The notes: generated from the letters alone by a model not told the origin. A stretch of DNA of 64,000 nt from an uncultured Verrucomicrobiae bacterium (GCA_963813025.1 CAWEXO010000011.1:96001-160000); one strand, 5' to 3'; numbered from the stretch's first letter, positions 9,564-19,570 are shown. Numbers and translations are program-made.

Positions 9564-10531
9564 GCGCCTTGGAGATTCTGATCATCAAACCGAGCTCGCT
9601 CGGAGACGTTTTGCATACGCTCCCTGCGGTTGCTGCACTCAAACAAACTTTTCCTCAAGCGTTGATTCGCTGGATCATCAACACCGAGTGGCAGGTTTTG
9701 CTCGATGGCAATCCGCATGTGGACCAGGTCATTCCCTTTCCCCGCAGACAATTTCGGGGAATTCGTGCTTTTCTTCGTTATTTGAGCTGGTGCCGATCAC
9801 TGGCCGGGTTACGACCGGGCTTGGTTCTTGATTTTCAAGGTTTGCTGCGCAGCGCCTGGATGGCCCGGAGTTCGGGTGCGCAGCGGATCTACGGGTTGGC
9901 CGATGCGCGCGAAGGCGCTCGCATTTTCTACGATGGAGTCGCTCCGGTCAGGCGCGACCAGCATGCCGTGGAACGCTATTTGAGTCTTGCTCAACTGGCC
10001 GGCGCCGAGACCGAACGGCCGCTTGATTTCCAGCTTCCCGCCGGAAAACCTTTCACGGCAGTTCCTCTCCCCAATCCGTTGGTCGTCTTGCATCCGTTTG
10101 CCCGCGGGAAAGGAAAATCACTGAGCCTCCAGGAAGTCACTCAACTGCGGAAGGCACTGCTTCCCCTCCAAACGGTTGTCATTGGTCGTGGCGCACCTAC
10201 CCCCGGCGCACCAGCAGATTCACTCTGGCTAGTCGATCAGACCGACATTGCCCAGCTCATTTGGCTGCTCCGCAAGGCCGATTTCGTCATCAGCGTCGAC
10301 AGCGGTCCAATGCATCTGGCCGCCGCGCTTTCCCACAAATTGCTGGCGATTCATTTCTGGAGCAATCCGGCACAAGTTGGCCCTTACCGAAAGGATGCGT
10401 TTATCTGGTACAATAACCAGATTATCTCGTTTGCGCAGGTTTCCGGTGTTGCTTCCTCGCCCTACAACCGCCAGCGGCCATCTCCATTGAAAATCGCCGA
10501 TTTTGTTCGCGCCCAGCTTGCACTAGGATAA
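9560..10531 (+). CDS. Glycosyltransferase family 9 (heptosyltransferase-like)
   Basis: KPSSLGDVLH, DFQGLLRS, HAVERY, DSGPMHLAAA. Confidence 0.9.
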   Translation: MSALEILIIKPSSLGDVLHTLPAVAALKQTFPQALIRWIINTEWQVLLDGNPHVDQVIPFPRRQFRGIRAFLRYLSWCRSLAGLRPGLVLDFQGLLRSAWMARSSGAQRIYGLADAREGARIFYDGVAPVRRDQHAVERYLSLAQLAGAETERPLDFQLPAGKPFTAVPLPNPLVVLHPFARGKGKSLSLQEVTQLRKALLPLQTVVIGRGAPTPGAPADSLWLVDQTDIAQLIWLLRKADFVISVDSGPMHLAAALSHKLLAIHFWSNPAQVGPYRKDAFIWYNNQIISFAQVSGVASSPYNRQRPSPLKIADFVRAQLALG

Positions 10532-10539
10532 GAACTGGT

Positions 10540-11028
10540 ATGCCCTCTTTCGACATCGTTTCGGAAGTCGACCGTCAGGAGATTACCAACTCCCTTGACC
10601 AGTCGCGCAAAGAGCTGGCCACTCGCTTCGACTTCAAAGGAAGCAATGCCCGGATTGAGATAAAAAGTCCGGATCTGGTGGAGCTTCATGCGGAGGATGC
10701 CGCTCGCTTGAAATCATTACAGGAAATCGTGATCGGCCGAATGGCCAAGCGCTCGATCGATCTACGAAACATAGAGCGGAAAGACCCGTCGATCTCTCCC
10801 CTCGGGCACGCTCGCCAAGAGCTGCGTATCAAACAAGGCCTCGACGGCGATACAGCCAAGAAAATCATCCTGGCGATCAAGGATCTCGACGTGAAAGTGC
10901 AGAGCCAGCTGCAAGACCGCCAGATACGCGTTACGGGAAAAAAGCGAGACGATCTGCAAGAGGTGATCCAATTCCTCCGCAGCCGCGATTTTGGGGTTGG
11001 TTTGAATTTCAAAAATTTCCGCGATTAG
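10540..11028 (+). CDS. yajQ: YajQ family nucleotide/c-di-GMP-binding protein
   Basis: MPSFDIVSEVD, RFDFKGS, RVTGKKRDDLQ, NFRD. Confidence 0.95.
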   Translation: MPSFDIVSEVDRQEITNSLDQSRKELATRFDFKGSNARIEIKSPDLVELHAEDAARLKSLQEIVIGRMAKRSIDLRNIERKDPSISPLGHARQELRIKQGLDGDTAKKIILAIKDLDVKVQSQLQDRQIRVTGKKRDDLQEVIQFLRSRDFGVGLNFKNFRD

Positions 11029-11044
11029 CAGTAACTCTGGGGTG

Positions 11045-11227
11045 CAGGAGTCCAGGAGTCGGGAGTTCAAGGAGTCAGAGTCGAGGAGGGCACTCCCGGG
11101 TAGTGTCGGCTTTTTTGTGTGTGGGTCGTTTGTTGCTTTGCCGTCTAACCTCCGGGCAAGTTGTTCTGAGGACGGCAGCTCGAGCCGGCGAGACCGCCCG
11201 ACTCCGGACTCCCGACACCTGGCTCCT
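11045..11227. repeat. Two oppositely oriented arrays of 7-9-nt GGAGTC-type units between convergent yajQ and moaD
   Basis: CAGGAGTC CAGGAGTC GGGAGTTC AAGGAGTC at 11045-11076; GACTCCG GACTCCC GACACCT GGCTCCT at 11200-11227. Confidence 0.7.
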
Positions 11228-11230
11228 TAA

Positions 11231-11470
11231 TCACCCCCCCTGCACCGGCGGCATCAGGGAGACTAGATCGTCCGGTTCGAGAGTGTCACTTCTGGAAGCG
11301 TACTCCTCCGCCACGGCGATAAGGAGGTGGCGGTCCCAGCCGCGCAGGCCAGGCACTCGTGCGAAGAGCTGCTCGAGCATTTCACCGATGGTGGCACCTT
11401 CGCGGACATCCAACTCGCCCGGAGCCCCAAGCTCCCGCAGCGCTGAGAAATATTGCAGACGGACTCTCAT
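11231..11470 (-). CDS. moaD: MoaD/ThiS family sulfur carrier
   Basis: YFSALRE, C-terminal PPVQGG. Confidence 0.85.
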   Translation of the reverse strand: MRVRLQYFSALRELGAPGELDVREGATIGEMLEQLFARVPGLRGWDRHLLIAVAEEYASRSDTLEPDDLVSLMPPVQGG

Positions 11471-11994
11471 GGTTCCAGAACCCCGATCAGAGGCAGATTG
11501 CGGTATTGCTCCTGGTAATCCAAACCATAACCGACGACAAATTCATCCTCGATATCGAAACCAACATAGTCGGCTTCGATCGGCACGGCTCGATCCTTCC
11601 GTTTTCGCAAGAGAACACAACTGCGAACGCTTCGGGGACGACAATCGCGAGTGATCGCGTCGATGATCACCGAAAGAGTGCGCCCGCTGTCCAGGATATC
11701 GTCCAGCAACAGTACGTGGCGTTCGCGCAAATCGGGTAGTGCGTCTCGATCAAACTCGACGCGGCCTGTCGACGTCGTACCCCCACAGTAGCTTTGCACA
11801 CGCACACAATCCAGTCGCAATGGCAATGGAATGCGCCGAAGCAAATCGGCCATGAAAATCAAGCTTCCGTTGAGAATCGCAAGGACGGTCAAATCCTTAC
11901 CTTGGTAATCGCGGGTGATCGCCGCCGCGATCTGGTCGAGTCGAGCCGCGATTTCCTCCTCTCGATAGAGTATTCTGGTCAGGTCTTGTTTCAT
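11467..11994 (-). CDS. hpt: Hypoxanthine phosphoribosyltransferase
   Basis: ILNGSLIFMADL, LLLDDILDSGRTL, FVVGYGLDY...RNLP. Confidence 0.95.
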   Translation of the reverse strand: MKQDLTRILYREEEIAARLDQIAAAITRDYQGKDLTVLAILNGSLIFMADLLRRIPLPLRLDCVRVQSYCGGTTSTGRVEFDRDALPDLRERHVLLLDDILDSGRTLSVIIDAITRDCRPRSVRSCVLLRKRKDRAVPIEADYVGFDIEDEFVVGYGLDYQEQYRNLPLIGVLEP

Positions 11995-12121
11995 CCGCTC
12001 CAACCATCCTCCAGAGATAATGATCCGACGGGCAGCCCCGCTCTTCCGGTTTTAAGCTCCGGTCTGTTCCTCGTTTTGCCGAACAGCTTTATCGAGTGCC
12101 GCGAAGTTTGCTTCAAGCACG

Positions 12122-12742
12122 TCAGGCAGCAAGCGGAATATTCAAGGCGGCACGCTGGGCATACCGCCGGATCATTAGAATAAGACGCTGTTTTGAGGTC
12201 TTATCGGTAAACCGTAGTCCGTTTGCTTCAGCCAGCCGCCGCAGCTCGCCGAACGTCCGGCGGGCTATCTCGCCGCCAAATTCGTCATCGGCTAATCGCC
12301 CCAGCCGGATAAACTCCTGTTGTAATCCAGCCTTCTGCTTGCCCCCCGAAGCGACGCGGGCAGCATCGGCAAACTCGTTTCGCAGGCGCTTGGCTACCTC
12401 CTGAGCGCAGTTCTCACGGTGAACGGTGTCGACAAATTCGTGTTTCGCCGCGGAGAGATTGTCGGCTTTCACTCGCTTGCCTGCGACCTCGCGGAGCATC
12501 CTGCGCAAGAGATCGAGGGTTAAGTGACGCTTTGCCGACGGCGAGCGCAGGAGAATCTCGAGCATCAGTTCGCCCGATTTACGGCTCGAGACGAATGCGT
12601 CGAGCGCTTCGGCAAACCGATCAACCTCCCGTTCGAGTCGCCGGGCGGAGCGGGCAAAATCGTTTCCTTCAATCTTGCCGGCTTGCTTGGTCAGGCGAGC
12701 GGCGATCAGGCTAAGTTTTTCGGACAGTTCCGGGTAATTCAT
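12122..12742 (-). CDS. Hypothetical helical protein coupled to ParA; possible C-terminal HeH/Rho-N-like motif
   Basis: 206 aa, start overlaps ParA stop (ATGA); C-terminal TFGELRRLAEANGL...SKQRLILMI. Confidence 0.65.
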   Translation of the reverse strand: MNYPELSEKLSLIAARLTKQAGKIEGNDFARSARRLEREVDRFAEALDAFVSSRKSGELMLEILLRSPSAKRHLTLDLLRRMLREVAGKRVKADNLSAAKHEFVDTVHRENCAQEVAKRLRNEFADAARVASGGKQKAGLQQEFIRLGRLADDEFGGEIARRTFGELRRLAEANGLRFTDKTSKQRLILMIRRYAQRAALNIPLAA

Positions 12743-13635
12743 CGTCTTCCATCCAGATGATCAAGGAGTGCTTGAGTCAAATCGCAATAATCCTGCGCCC
12801 CGATGCTTCCGGGCGCATAAAGAATGACTGGAAGATGCTCGCTCGTCGATTCCGCTACCCGCACACAATGCCGGATATAAGGATGCAGAACCTGGGTTTT
12901 GGCCGACAAAAAGCCCGCATTCTTGAGCTGACCGAGGGCAAGTTCCAGCTCGTTGACTGCCAAGCGAAAGACATTTCCGCTGTGCCGGTAATGGCTGACG
13001 ATTAGCGCTCCGATATTCGGCCTATGCTTGTGCGCAAAGTGATCGGAAAACCGCTGCCGGAATTCGCGAATTTGTTCGGCTAATACCTGAAACCCGGAAA
13101 GGGACAAGTAATCAGGCACATAGGGAACGATACAACTTTCGGCCACAAACATGGCATTCTTCGTCGTGGTGTAGAGATTCGGCGGACAGTCGAGCAAAAC
13201 AAAATCGTAATCCTTAAATCGCGGACCCAGTGTCTTGGCGATCACTTCGTAAGAACGCGGCGGCCGCAGTTCATGCAATCCTTCCTCCGCCTTCAGCAAC
13301 TCGACCGAGGCGGGGAGGAGATGCAGCCGCGGTAAGTCAACAAAGCCGGTCCAGGTGACAACCCCTCGCACCAGCGTCTCGTCAAAGCCAAACTTCTCTT
13401 TGCCCTCGATCGCGTCATCGAAAATTTGAAAGGTCGACCTGCGCCCTTTGGCGACGTGCTCCCGCCATCGATCGGGCCGCATCAGCCAGAGGCTGGCATT
13501 GGATTGCGGATCGAGGTCCACCACCAATACTTTTTTTCCATGGAGCTTGGCTAAAGTCGCTCCGATGTTAACTACCGTGGCGGTCTTGCCAACGCCTCCC
13601 TTGAAATTGATAAAAGCGAGAATTGTTGCGCTCAT
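12739..13635 (-). CDS. ParA/Soj family ATPase
   Basis: Deviant Walker A KGGVGKT, DLDPQSNAS, LLDCPPN; TATAAT 11 nt upstream of ATG. Confidence 0.9.
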   Translation of the reverse strand: MSATILAFINFKGGVGKTATVVNIGATLAKLHGKKVLVVDLDPQSNASLWLMRPDRWREHVAKGRRSTFQIFDDAIEGKEKFGFDETLVRGVVTWTGFVDLPRLHLLPASVELLKAEEGLHELRPPRSYEVIAKTLGPRFKDYDFVLLDCPPNLYTTTKNAMFVAESCIVPYVPDYLSLSGFQVLAEQIREFRQRFSDHFAHKHRPNIGALIVSHYRHSGNVFRLAVNELELALGQLKNAGFLSAKTQVLHPYIRHCVRVAESTSEHLPVILYAPGSIGAQDYCDLTQALLDHLDGRR

Positions 13636-13730
13636 CCGCGAGCCCCATTATAACGCGCCGAGTTAGCTCGATCGATCAAGCGATTTATTTCCATTTGGTC
13701 ACCAACACGCACGTTCTCACGCGCTTTTTT

Positions 13731-14278
13731 ATGAAGTACACCGCACTATCGGCCGCCGATTACGACCAGAAGCTTCGCGAAATCGGAAACTACCTTTGGG
13801 ATCTGGAGCAATGCGCGGACTTGGCAAGTGCACGACCGGAGACCTCCCGAGTAGCCGATCTCGAAAACCGAATCAGCAGGCTGACGGCCAAAGCGGAGCG
13901 CTTTGCCCGGCAGCCCGGTGATCATCAGACCCTGGTTTTATGTCTCCGGTTTGGGGAACAGAATGCTGCGCGACTGGTCGCGCGCCGCCGCTTTCTTTGA
14001 TCGGATCGTCCAGGCCGATCCACGAAATGGAGAGGCGTGGCTCGAATTGACCTGGTGCCTGGCCGAGCTCGGCCAGTGGCCAGCCGCAGCAGATGCCGCT
14101 CGCCGATCGACCGAGATTTTTCCAAAAGCGGCGGCAAGCTGGAGCAAACCTGGCGCTGACACTCGCGCAGATCGGCCGCTCGGATGAGGCTCGGTTCGCC
14201 GAACAGCGCGCCGTCGAGCTCGCAGAGGGTCAGGTCGAAGTGACGGGTCCCAAGTCCCGAGTCCCGGGTCCCGAGTGA
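13731..14278 (+). CDS. TPR-repeat protein (two apparent frameshifts)
   Basis: Joined frames give MKYTALS...AERFARQPG / WFYVSGLGNRMLRDWSRAAAFFDRIVQADPRNGEAWLELTWCLAELGQW...SWS / NLALTLAQIGRSDEARFAEQRAVEL. Confidence 0.6.
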
Positions 14279-15561
14279 CCGGTCCCGCATACCTCTTCGA
14301 TGGCCGTGCTGAGCGCCGACTCCGCCAAAGCAATCTCCTCTTCTGTTGCACACAGCGGGAGCATCAGGACAATCACGTCGCCAATCGGCCTGGTGAGCAA
14401 CTGATGTGCGCGCGCCCGCTGGCAAATCAGGGCGCCTATTTGTTTTTCCGGCAAAAACGCAGTGCCGTCCGGCTTCCCGAGCTCAACTCCCGCAATGAAC
14501 CCGCATTGGCGCGTCGCCCGAACAAAGCGGCTAAGGCCGATGCGCTCAAGCCCGTCCGCTAATCGCCGAATTTTGGGCAGAAGCCCGTCGAGCGTGCCTT
14601 CCGCTCGAAAAACGTCGAGGTTCGCGAGAGCCGCCGCACAGCCAAGCTGATTGCCTGCATAGCTGTGCCCGTAGAAAAAAGTTCGTTCCGTTCCGCCGAG
14701 AAAACCCTGAAAAATCTTTTCCGTCGTCAAAGTAGCGCCCAGCGGCAGATATCCGCCGGTCAGCCCCTTGGCCAGCGCCAGGAAATCCGGGGCGACGCTT
14801 TCGTGCTGGAAGGCGAACATTTTTCCGGTTCGGCCAAAGCCGGTCATAACCTCGTCGAAAATGAGAAAGACCTTATGTTGATCGCACCATGATCGCAATT
14901 TGCCGAGAAGCCCAGGCGGCCAGAGTCGCATGCCGGCTGCGCCTTGGATCAAAGGCTCGATGACAACCGCCGCAATCTCAGAGGGGTCCAGCGCGAGCAA
15001 GTCAGTCGCCGCCGCGATATGCTGAACCGGAAAGTGCCACGGGGCAAACCTGGCATGAAACGCCGGGATGCCTCCCAGGCTCGACGCGCCCATGGTGTCA
15101 CCATGGTAGGCATTTGAAAAAGCCACCAGACGCTTCTTTTTTGGGAATCCATTCTGAAAAAAATACTGGAGACACATCTTGATGGCTACTTCGATCGCCG
15201 TTGAGCCATCGTCGGAAAAAAAGACCCGCCTCAAGCGAGCCGGGTCAACCAGGTTCACGAGTTCTTCGGCCAGCCGTGCCGCAAGTGGATTGCCCAATCC
15301 CAAAAACGAGGTATGCGCCACCCGGCCCAGCTGATTGCGGATTGCCTGGTTTATCGACGGATGATTATGCCCATGGATATTAGTCCAGATCGACGAGTTA
15401 CCATCCAGGTAGTTCCTTCCATCCGCGTCGAAAACCCAGGCTCCCTGTCCGCGTACGAGCATCAGGGGTTCGTACTCCGGCCGAAGCCAATCCAGCATCT
15501 GGGTGAACGGGTGCCAGACAAACTCTTTATCAGCTGCAACAAAGGATTTAGCAGTCTTCAT
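14230..15561 (-). CDS. bioA: Adenosylmethionine-8-amino-7-oxononanoate aminotransferase
   Basis: VWHPFTQM, SDDGSTAIEVAIKM, YHGDT, FDEVMTGFGRTG, AKGLTGGYLP, GHSYAGN. Confidence 0.92.
   Translation of the reverse strand: MKTAKSFVAADKEFVWHPFTQMLDWLRPEYEPLMLVRGQGAWVFDADGRNYLDGNSSIWTNIHGHNHPSINQAIRNQLGRVAHTSFLGLGNPLAARLAEELVNLVDPARLRRVFFSDDGSTAIEVAIKMCLQYFFQNGFPKKKRLVAFSNAYHGDTMGASSLGGIPAFHARFAPWHFPVQHIAAATDLLALDPSEIAAVVIEPLIQGAAGMRLWPPGLLGKLRSWCDQHKVFLIFDEVMTGFGRTGKMFAFQHESVAPDFLALAKGLTGGYLPLGATLTTEKIFQGFLGGTERTFFYGHSYAGNQLGCAAALANLDVFRAEGTLDGLLPKIRRLADGLERIGLSRFVRATRQCGFIAGVELGKPDGTAFLPEKQIGALICQRARAHQLLTRPIGDVIVLMLPLCATEEEIALAESALSTAIEEVCGTGHSGPGTRDLGPVTST
14247..14288. repeat. Heptamer tandem repeat at the convergent TPR/bioA overlap
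   Basis: GTCCCAA GTCCCGA GTCCCGG GTCCCGA GTGACCG GTCCCGC. Confidence 0.8.
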
Positions 15562-15823
15562 CTCCAGAGTTTCGGCTTTGGCGCGCCAATTCACGTTCGG
15601 CCCAAACGTAGTCCTCGTACGAGGCGCGCCGATGCTGATACTTGCGAAAAAGCCGCTCTTTGAACTCGCGCAAATCTTCCACCAACGGACTGTCGTAGTA
15701 TGTCCAGGCGTGTTCATCCGACCTTTTTGCCTGGAAACGCCAGCGCTTTGCTTGTTTGGTGACCCGGACCTCCCGTTTGAATCCGTCCGCGGTGCGTTCA
15801 GTCCAAATGTGCTGATTGCGCAT
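15548..15823 (-). CDS. Conserved-looking hypothetical protein
   Basis: MRNQHIWTERTADGFKREVRV...WTYYDSP...LFRKYQHRRAS; overlaps bioA start. Confidence 0.6.
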   Translation of the reverse strand: MRNQHIWTERTADGFKREVRVTKQAKRWRFQAKRSDEHAWTYYDSPLVEDLREFKERLFRKYQHRRASYEDYVWAERELARQSRNSGDEDC

Positions 15824-15864
15824 CGGCTGAACTTTAGTTTGCGGCCCTTGTTCGTCCACGGTAA

Positions 15865-16767
15865 TTGCTTCCCTTGATTTTAAAGCTACTTTGCTATCTC
15901 TTTTTCACCGTTCTATTGGGGGCTGCTTTTGCGCCGGTGCTCTACGAAGCCGGCCAATGGAGCGCGCATTGGCCTCCGTTCGCGGCGCTCGCCGACAGCG
16001 ATTTCAGCCGATTCTTTGATCGATCGGTTCTCCTGGCGGCTCTAGTATTGCTTTGGCCGACCATTCGCTGGACCGGACTTAGCCGCCTCGACCAGCTCGG
16101 GCTGCGCCGCAATCCCGCCCGGTGGCGGGACTTGGTAATCGGCTTTGGCTTGGCGGCGCTCACTATTGCGGTGCTTGGCAGCGGACTCTTAGCCGCCGGA
16201 GCGTATGCGGTGAAATGGCATCCGCCCCTGAACGCTCTTCCTCGTCTTTTCTTATCTTCATTCGTTGTCGCTTTGCTCGAGGAATTCCTCTTTCGCGGGG
16301 GGATTCTTGGGCTCCTCCGGCGCTCCCTGCCCGTGTGGGGCGCCCTCCTGGTCTCCTCATTCTTGTTTGCTATCGTGCACTTTCTGAAACCCGCGGACAA
16401 TACGGTGTCCTTGGTCAGCTGGCACTCTGGTTTTGATCTTCTGCACGCACTGTTTTTTCGCTTCGCGGATCCGCTGCTGGTAGCGGGCGCCGGCCTCACC
16501 CTGCTTCTGCTTGGACTCGTCCTGGGTTATGCCACTATTAAAACCTCTTCACTTTGGCTGCCGGTTGGGCTTCACGCCGGCGTGGTCTTCGCCAAAATGG
16601 GCTTTAACAAGCTCACTAAACGATCCGGCGACCTTTTCCCCTGGTTTGGCGCAGACCTGACGGTCGGTTTGGGCGCTATTCTCATCATCGTTTTCCTTTG
16701 GTGTGCCGTCTGGTTTATTCTGCGGGTGAGCAGACCCCTTCCCTCCGATGTGGCACACAGCGCTTGA
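15865..16767 (+). CDS. CPBP/Abi (CAAX-like) intramembrane metalloprotease
   Basis: EEFLFRG, FAIVH, GLHAG motifs; multiple TMs. Confidence 0.88.
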   Translation: MLPLILKLLCYLFFTVLLGAAFAPVLYEAGQWSAHWPPFAALADSDFSRFFDRSVLLAALVLLWPTIRWTGLSRLDQLGLRRNPARWRDLVIGFGLAALTIAVLGSGLLAAGAYAVKWHPPLNALPRLFLSSFVVALLEEFLFRGGILGLLRRSLPVWGALLVSSFLFAIVHFLKPADNTVSLVSWHSGFDLLHALFFRFADPLLVAGAGLTLLLLGLVLGYATIKTSSLWLPVGLHAGVVFAKMGFNKLTKRSGDLFPWFGADLTVGLGAILIIVFLWCAVWFILRVSRPLPSDVAHSA

Positions 16768-17455
16768 GCTTTTTTATCCAGAACATTGCGTCGTCTGCGG
16801 GTCAGCCCAGACCGTCGCGCCATTGCTCTGTAAATCCTGCCACGAGACGGCTCAGAAGGTGACCGCACCCTTTTGCGAAATTTGCTCCCGGCCTTACGAC
16901 GGCCAGATTCCCGCTCCCTTCTCCTGCCCAAACTGCATCAGCCAATCTTTTGGGTTTGCCTGCGCCGTCGCTCCCTATCGCGCGCGCGGAATCGTGCGCG
17001 AGTTAATCCATCGTTTCAAGTACAACGGTGATTTTCATTTGCGCCACATTTTGGCCAGGTGGGCCGCTGAGGGTTTGGCAGATCCTCGGCTGCAACAATC
17101 GAGCTTCGACGCTATAGTCCCGGTGCCGCTCCATCCGGCGCGACAGCGAGAGAGGGGCTTCAACCAAGCCCAAGCCATTGGCGAACTCCTTTCAAAAAAA
17201 AGTAACATCCCCCTGCAAACGTGTTTGCGCCGGGTTCGCTACACTGAGACCCAGACCCATTTCGATCGGGCAACCAGAATGCGAAATCTCCGAACCGCTT
17301 TTCGGGCCGCCGGCGACCCCATTTCGCTCGCGGGCAAAAAACTGCTGCTGGTCGACGATGTTTTCACGACGGGGTCTACCTTGGATGAATGCTCTCGTGT
17401 CTTGCTGGAAGCCGGGGCCGAATCGGTCAGTGCGATTACGATCGCCCGTGGGTGA
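16748..17455 (+). CDS. comF: ComF/GntX family protein
   Basis: N-terminal CxxC zinc pairs, PVPLH..R..ERGFNQA, LLVDDVFTTGST. Confidence 0.9.
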   Translation: MWHTALELFYPEHCVVCGSAQTVAPLLCKSCHETAQKVTAPFCEICSRPYDGQIPAPFSCPNCISQSFGFACAVAPYRARGIVRELIHRFKYNGDFHLRHILARWAAEGLADPRLQQSSFDAIVPVPLHPARQRERGFNQAQAIGELLSKKSNIPLQTCLRRVRYTETQTHFDRATRMRNLRTAFRAAGDPISLAGKKLLLVDDVFTTGSTLDECSRVLLEAGAESVSAITIARG

Positions 17456-17494
17456 ATGTTCTAACGGAGAGGCTTTTGATCACGCAGCCTAAGT

Positions 17495-18343
17495 ATGGCA
17501 ATTTTTCCAAAACCAAGTCTTAAAACCGGACAAAAAAGGAAACGCGACATGCCCGAGGGTCTCTGGCAGAAATGCCCAAGCTGCGGTGAGGTGATTCACC
17601 ACCTCGAGCTTACGCAGAACCTCGAGGTTTGCCCAAAGTGCGACCATCATTTTACCTTTTCGGCCGAGAAACGGATTACCAGCCTGGTCGATCTCGGTTC
17701 GTTTACCGAACTTGATCCAAATCTGGAATCGGTCGATGTCCTCAATTTCACCGGAGTGGTCGCCTACACCGATCGACTCAAGAATTACCAGGAAAGAACC
17801 GGTCTTACAGATGCGGTCATTACCGGTTTCGCCACTTTGGAGTCGCGTCCAATCGCGTTGGCCGCCATGGACTTCAACTTCCTGGCGGCGACCATGGGTT
17901 CGGTTGTCGGCGAAAAAATCACGCGCCTGATCGAGAAGGGTACCGAGGCCCGCCGTCCGATCGTTATTTTCTGCGCTTCCGGGGGTGCCCGGATGTACGA
18001 GGGAATGTTCAGCCTCATGCAGATGGCAAAGACCAGCGGCGCTCTGGCCCGGCATGATCAAGCGAAGCTGCCGTACCTCGCCGTGCTGACTCATGCGACC
18101 ACCGCCGGCGTTATGGCTAGCTTCGCTTCACTCGGCGACGTCATCATTGCTGAACCGAAAGCCATGATCGGCTTCGCGGGACCACGGGTGATCCGGGAGA
18201 CGACCCAACAGGAGTTGCCGCCGGGATTTCAGACAGCCGAGTTTTTGCAGGAACACGGTCTGATTGACCTCATCGTTCACCGCCGATCCATGCGCAGTGC
18301 TTTGAGCGGCTTACTCGGCTACCTGGATGCCGGACGCCGGTGA
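17495..18343 (+). CDS. accD: Acetyl-CoA carboxylase carboxyltransferase beta subunit
   Basis: LWQKCPSC..CPKC zinc finger, MGSVVGEK, SGGARMYEG..SLMQMAK, FAGPRVI, GFQTAEFL. Confidence 0.95.
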   Translation: MAIFPKPSLKTGQKRKRDMPEGLWQKCPSCGEVIHHLELTQNLEVCPKCDHHFTFSAEKRITSLVDLGSFTELDPNLESVDVLNFTGVVAYTDRLKNYQERTGLTDAVITGFATLESRPIALAAMDFNFLAATMGSVVGEKITRLIEKGTEARRPIVIFCASGGARMYEGMFSLMQMAKTSGALARHDQAKLPYLAVLTHATTAGVMASFASLGDVIIAEPKAMIGFAGPRVIRETTQQELPPGFQTAEFLQEHGLIDLIVHRRSMRSALSGLLGYLDAGRR

Positions 18344-18347
18344 CTAA

Positions 18348-19559
18348 ATGAACTCCTACCAAAAGGCGCTTGAGTGGTTGTATGGCACTCAGGACCGGGG
18401 GGTGAAACTCGGTCTCGAGAATGTCCGGCGGTTACTCGCTCGTTTTGACAACCCCCACCGTCGGCTCCGTTGCGCCCATGTCACCGGCACTAATGGCAAA
18501 GGCTCCGTCTGCGCCATGATGGCGTCCATTTGCCGAGCTCAAGGTCTGCGGACCGGATTGTTCACCTCTCCTCATTTGGTTCGCTTTAATGAGCGGATCA
18601 ACATCGACGGCCACGCCATCACCGATGATTTCGTCGTTGAGGGGCTGGAGCAAATCCGTGGGGCGATCGAACCCGAGACGCATCCCACCTTCTTTGAAAT
18701 CACCACCGTCCTGGCCTTCAACTTCTTTGTCCGAGAGGGGTGTGACCTTGTCGTGCTGGAGACCGGACTGGGTGGACGACTTGATGCGACAAATGTCGTC
18801 TCGCCTTTGGTCACCGTTCTGACTTCGATCGATCTGGACCATCAAAAACTGCTGGGAAACACGCACGCGGAGATCGCCCGGGAAAAAGCCGGTATCATTA
18901 AGCCGGGAATTCCCGTCGTCTCCGCGCCGCAGTGTCCCGAGGTGGAGAGCATCATTCGAGAGGTCGCGCTTCGACACTCCGCGCCGGTGAGATTTATCAG
19001 GAAGCCCGTCGAAGAACTGACGATAGCTCTCGCAGGATCTCACCAACGGCTGAACGCCGCGATCGCTATTGGCGCGCTTGAATCGGCTCAAGTTGTCCTC
19101 TCGGACGGCGCGGTCCGTCAGGGTTTAGCGACAGTCCACTGGCCCGGCCGTTTCCAATGCATCGATGCAAACCTGGTCCTCGACGGCGCCCACAACCCAT
19201 CAGCCATTGCTCAACTGATTCAGACCTGGGAAGAACATTTCGGCCCGGTGAAGCCGGCGATTCTTTTTGGCGCACTTCGTGACAAAGCGATCAAGGAAAT
19301 GCTGCTTCTCCTGAAGCCTCTGGCCGCCGAGTTGGCGGCAGTCCCGGTCAATAGCCGCCGGGCCGCTTCTCCGCAGGAGATCCAAGCCCTGGCAGGACCG
19401 GACGTGGATCTTCGATCCTTTTCCTCCGTACCGGCTGCTCTCGCCGAGCTGCGGTCTCGCCACGAAATGATTCTGGCAACGGGTTCTCTTTTCCTCGTCG
19501 GGGAACTTCTTGCGATATTTGAGCCAGCTTCGGGAAATTATCAGCCGAGTTTACAATAA
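18348..19559 (+). CDS. folC: Folylpolyglutamate synthase/dihydrofolate synthase
   Basis: HVTGTNGKGS, FTSPHL, ETGLGGRLDATN, WPGRFQ, LDGAHNP, TGSLFLVG. Confidence 0.95.
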   Translation: MNSYQKALEWLYGTQDRGVKLGLENVRRLLARFDNPHRRLRCAHVTGTNGKGSVCAMMASICRAQGLRTGLFTSPHLVRFNERINIDGHAITDDFVVEGLEQIRGAIEPETHPTFFEITTVLAFNFFVREGCDLVVLETGLGGRLDATNVVSPLVTVLTSIDLDHQKLLGNTHAEIAREKAGIIKPGIPVVSAPQCPEVESIIREVALRHSAPVRFIRKPVEELTIALAGSHQRLNAAIAIGALESAQVVLSDGAVRQGLATVHWPGRFQCIDANLVLDGAHNPSAIAQLIQTWEEHFGPVKPAILFGALRDKAIKEMLLLLKPLAAELAAVPVNSRRAASPQEIQALAGPDVDLRSFSSVPAALAELRSRHEMILATGSLFLVGELLAIFEPASGNYQPSLQ

Positions 19560-19570
19560 CATTTGCATAG

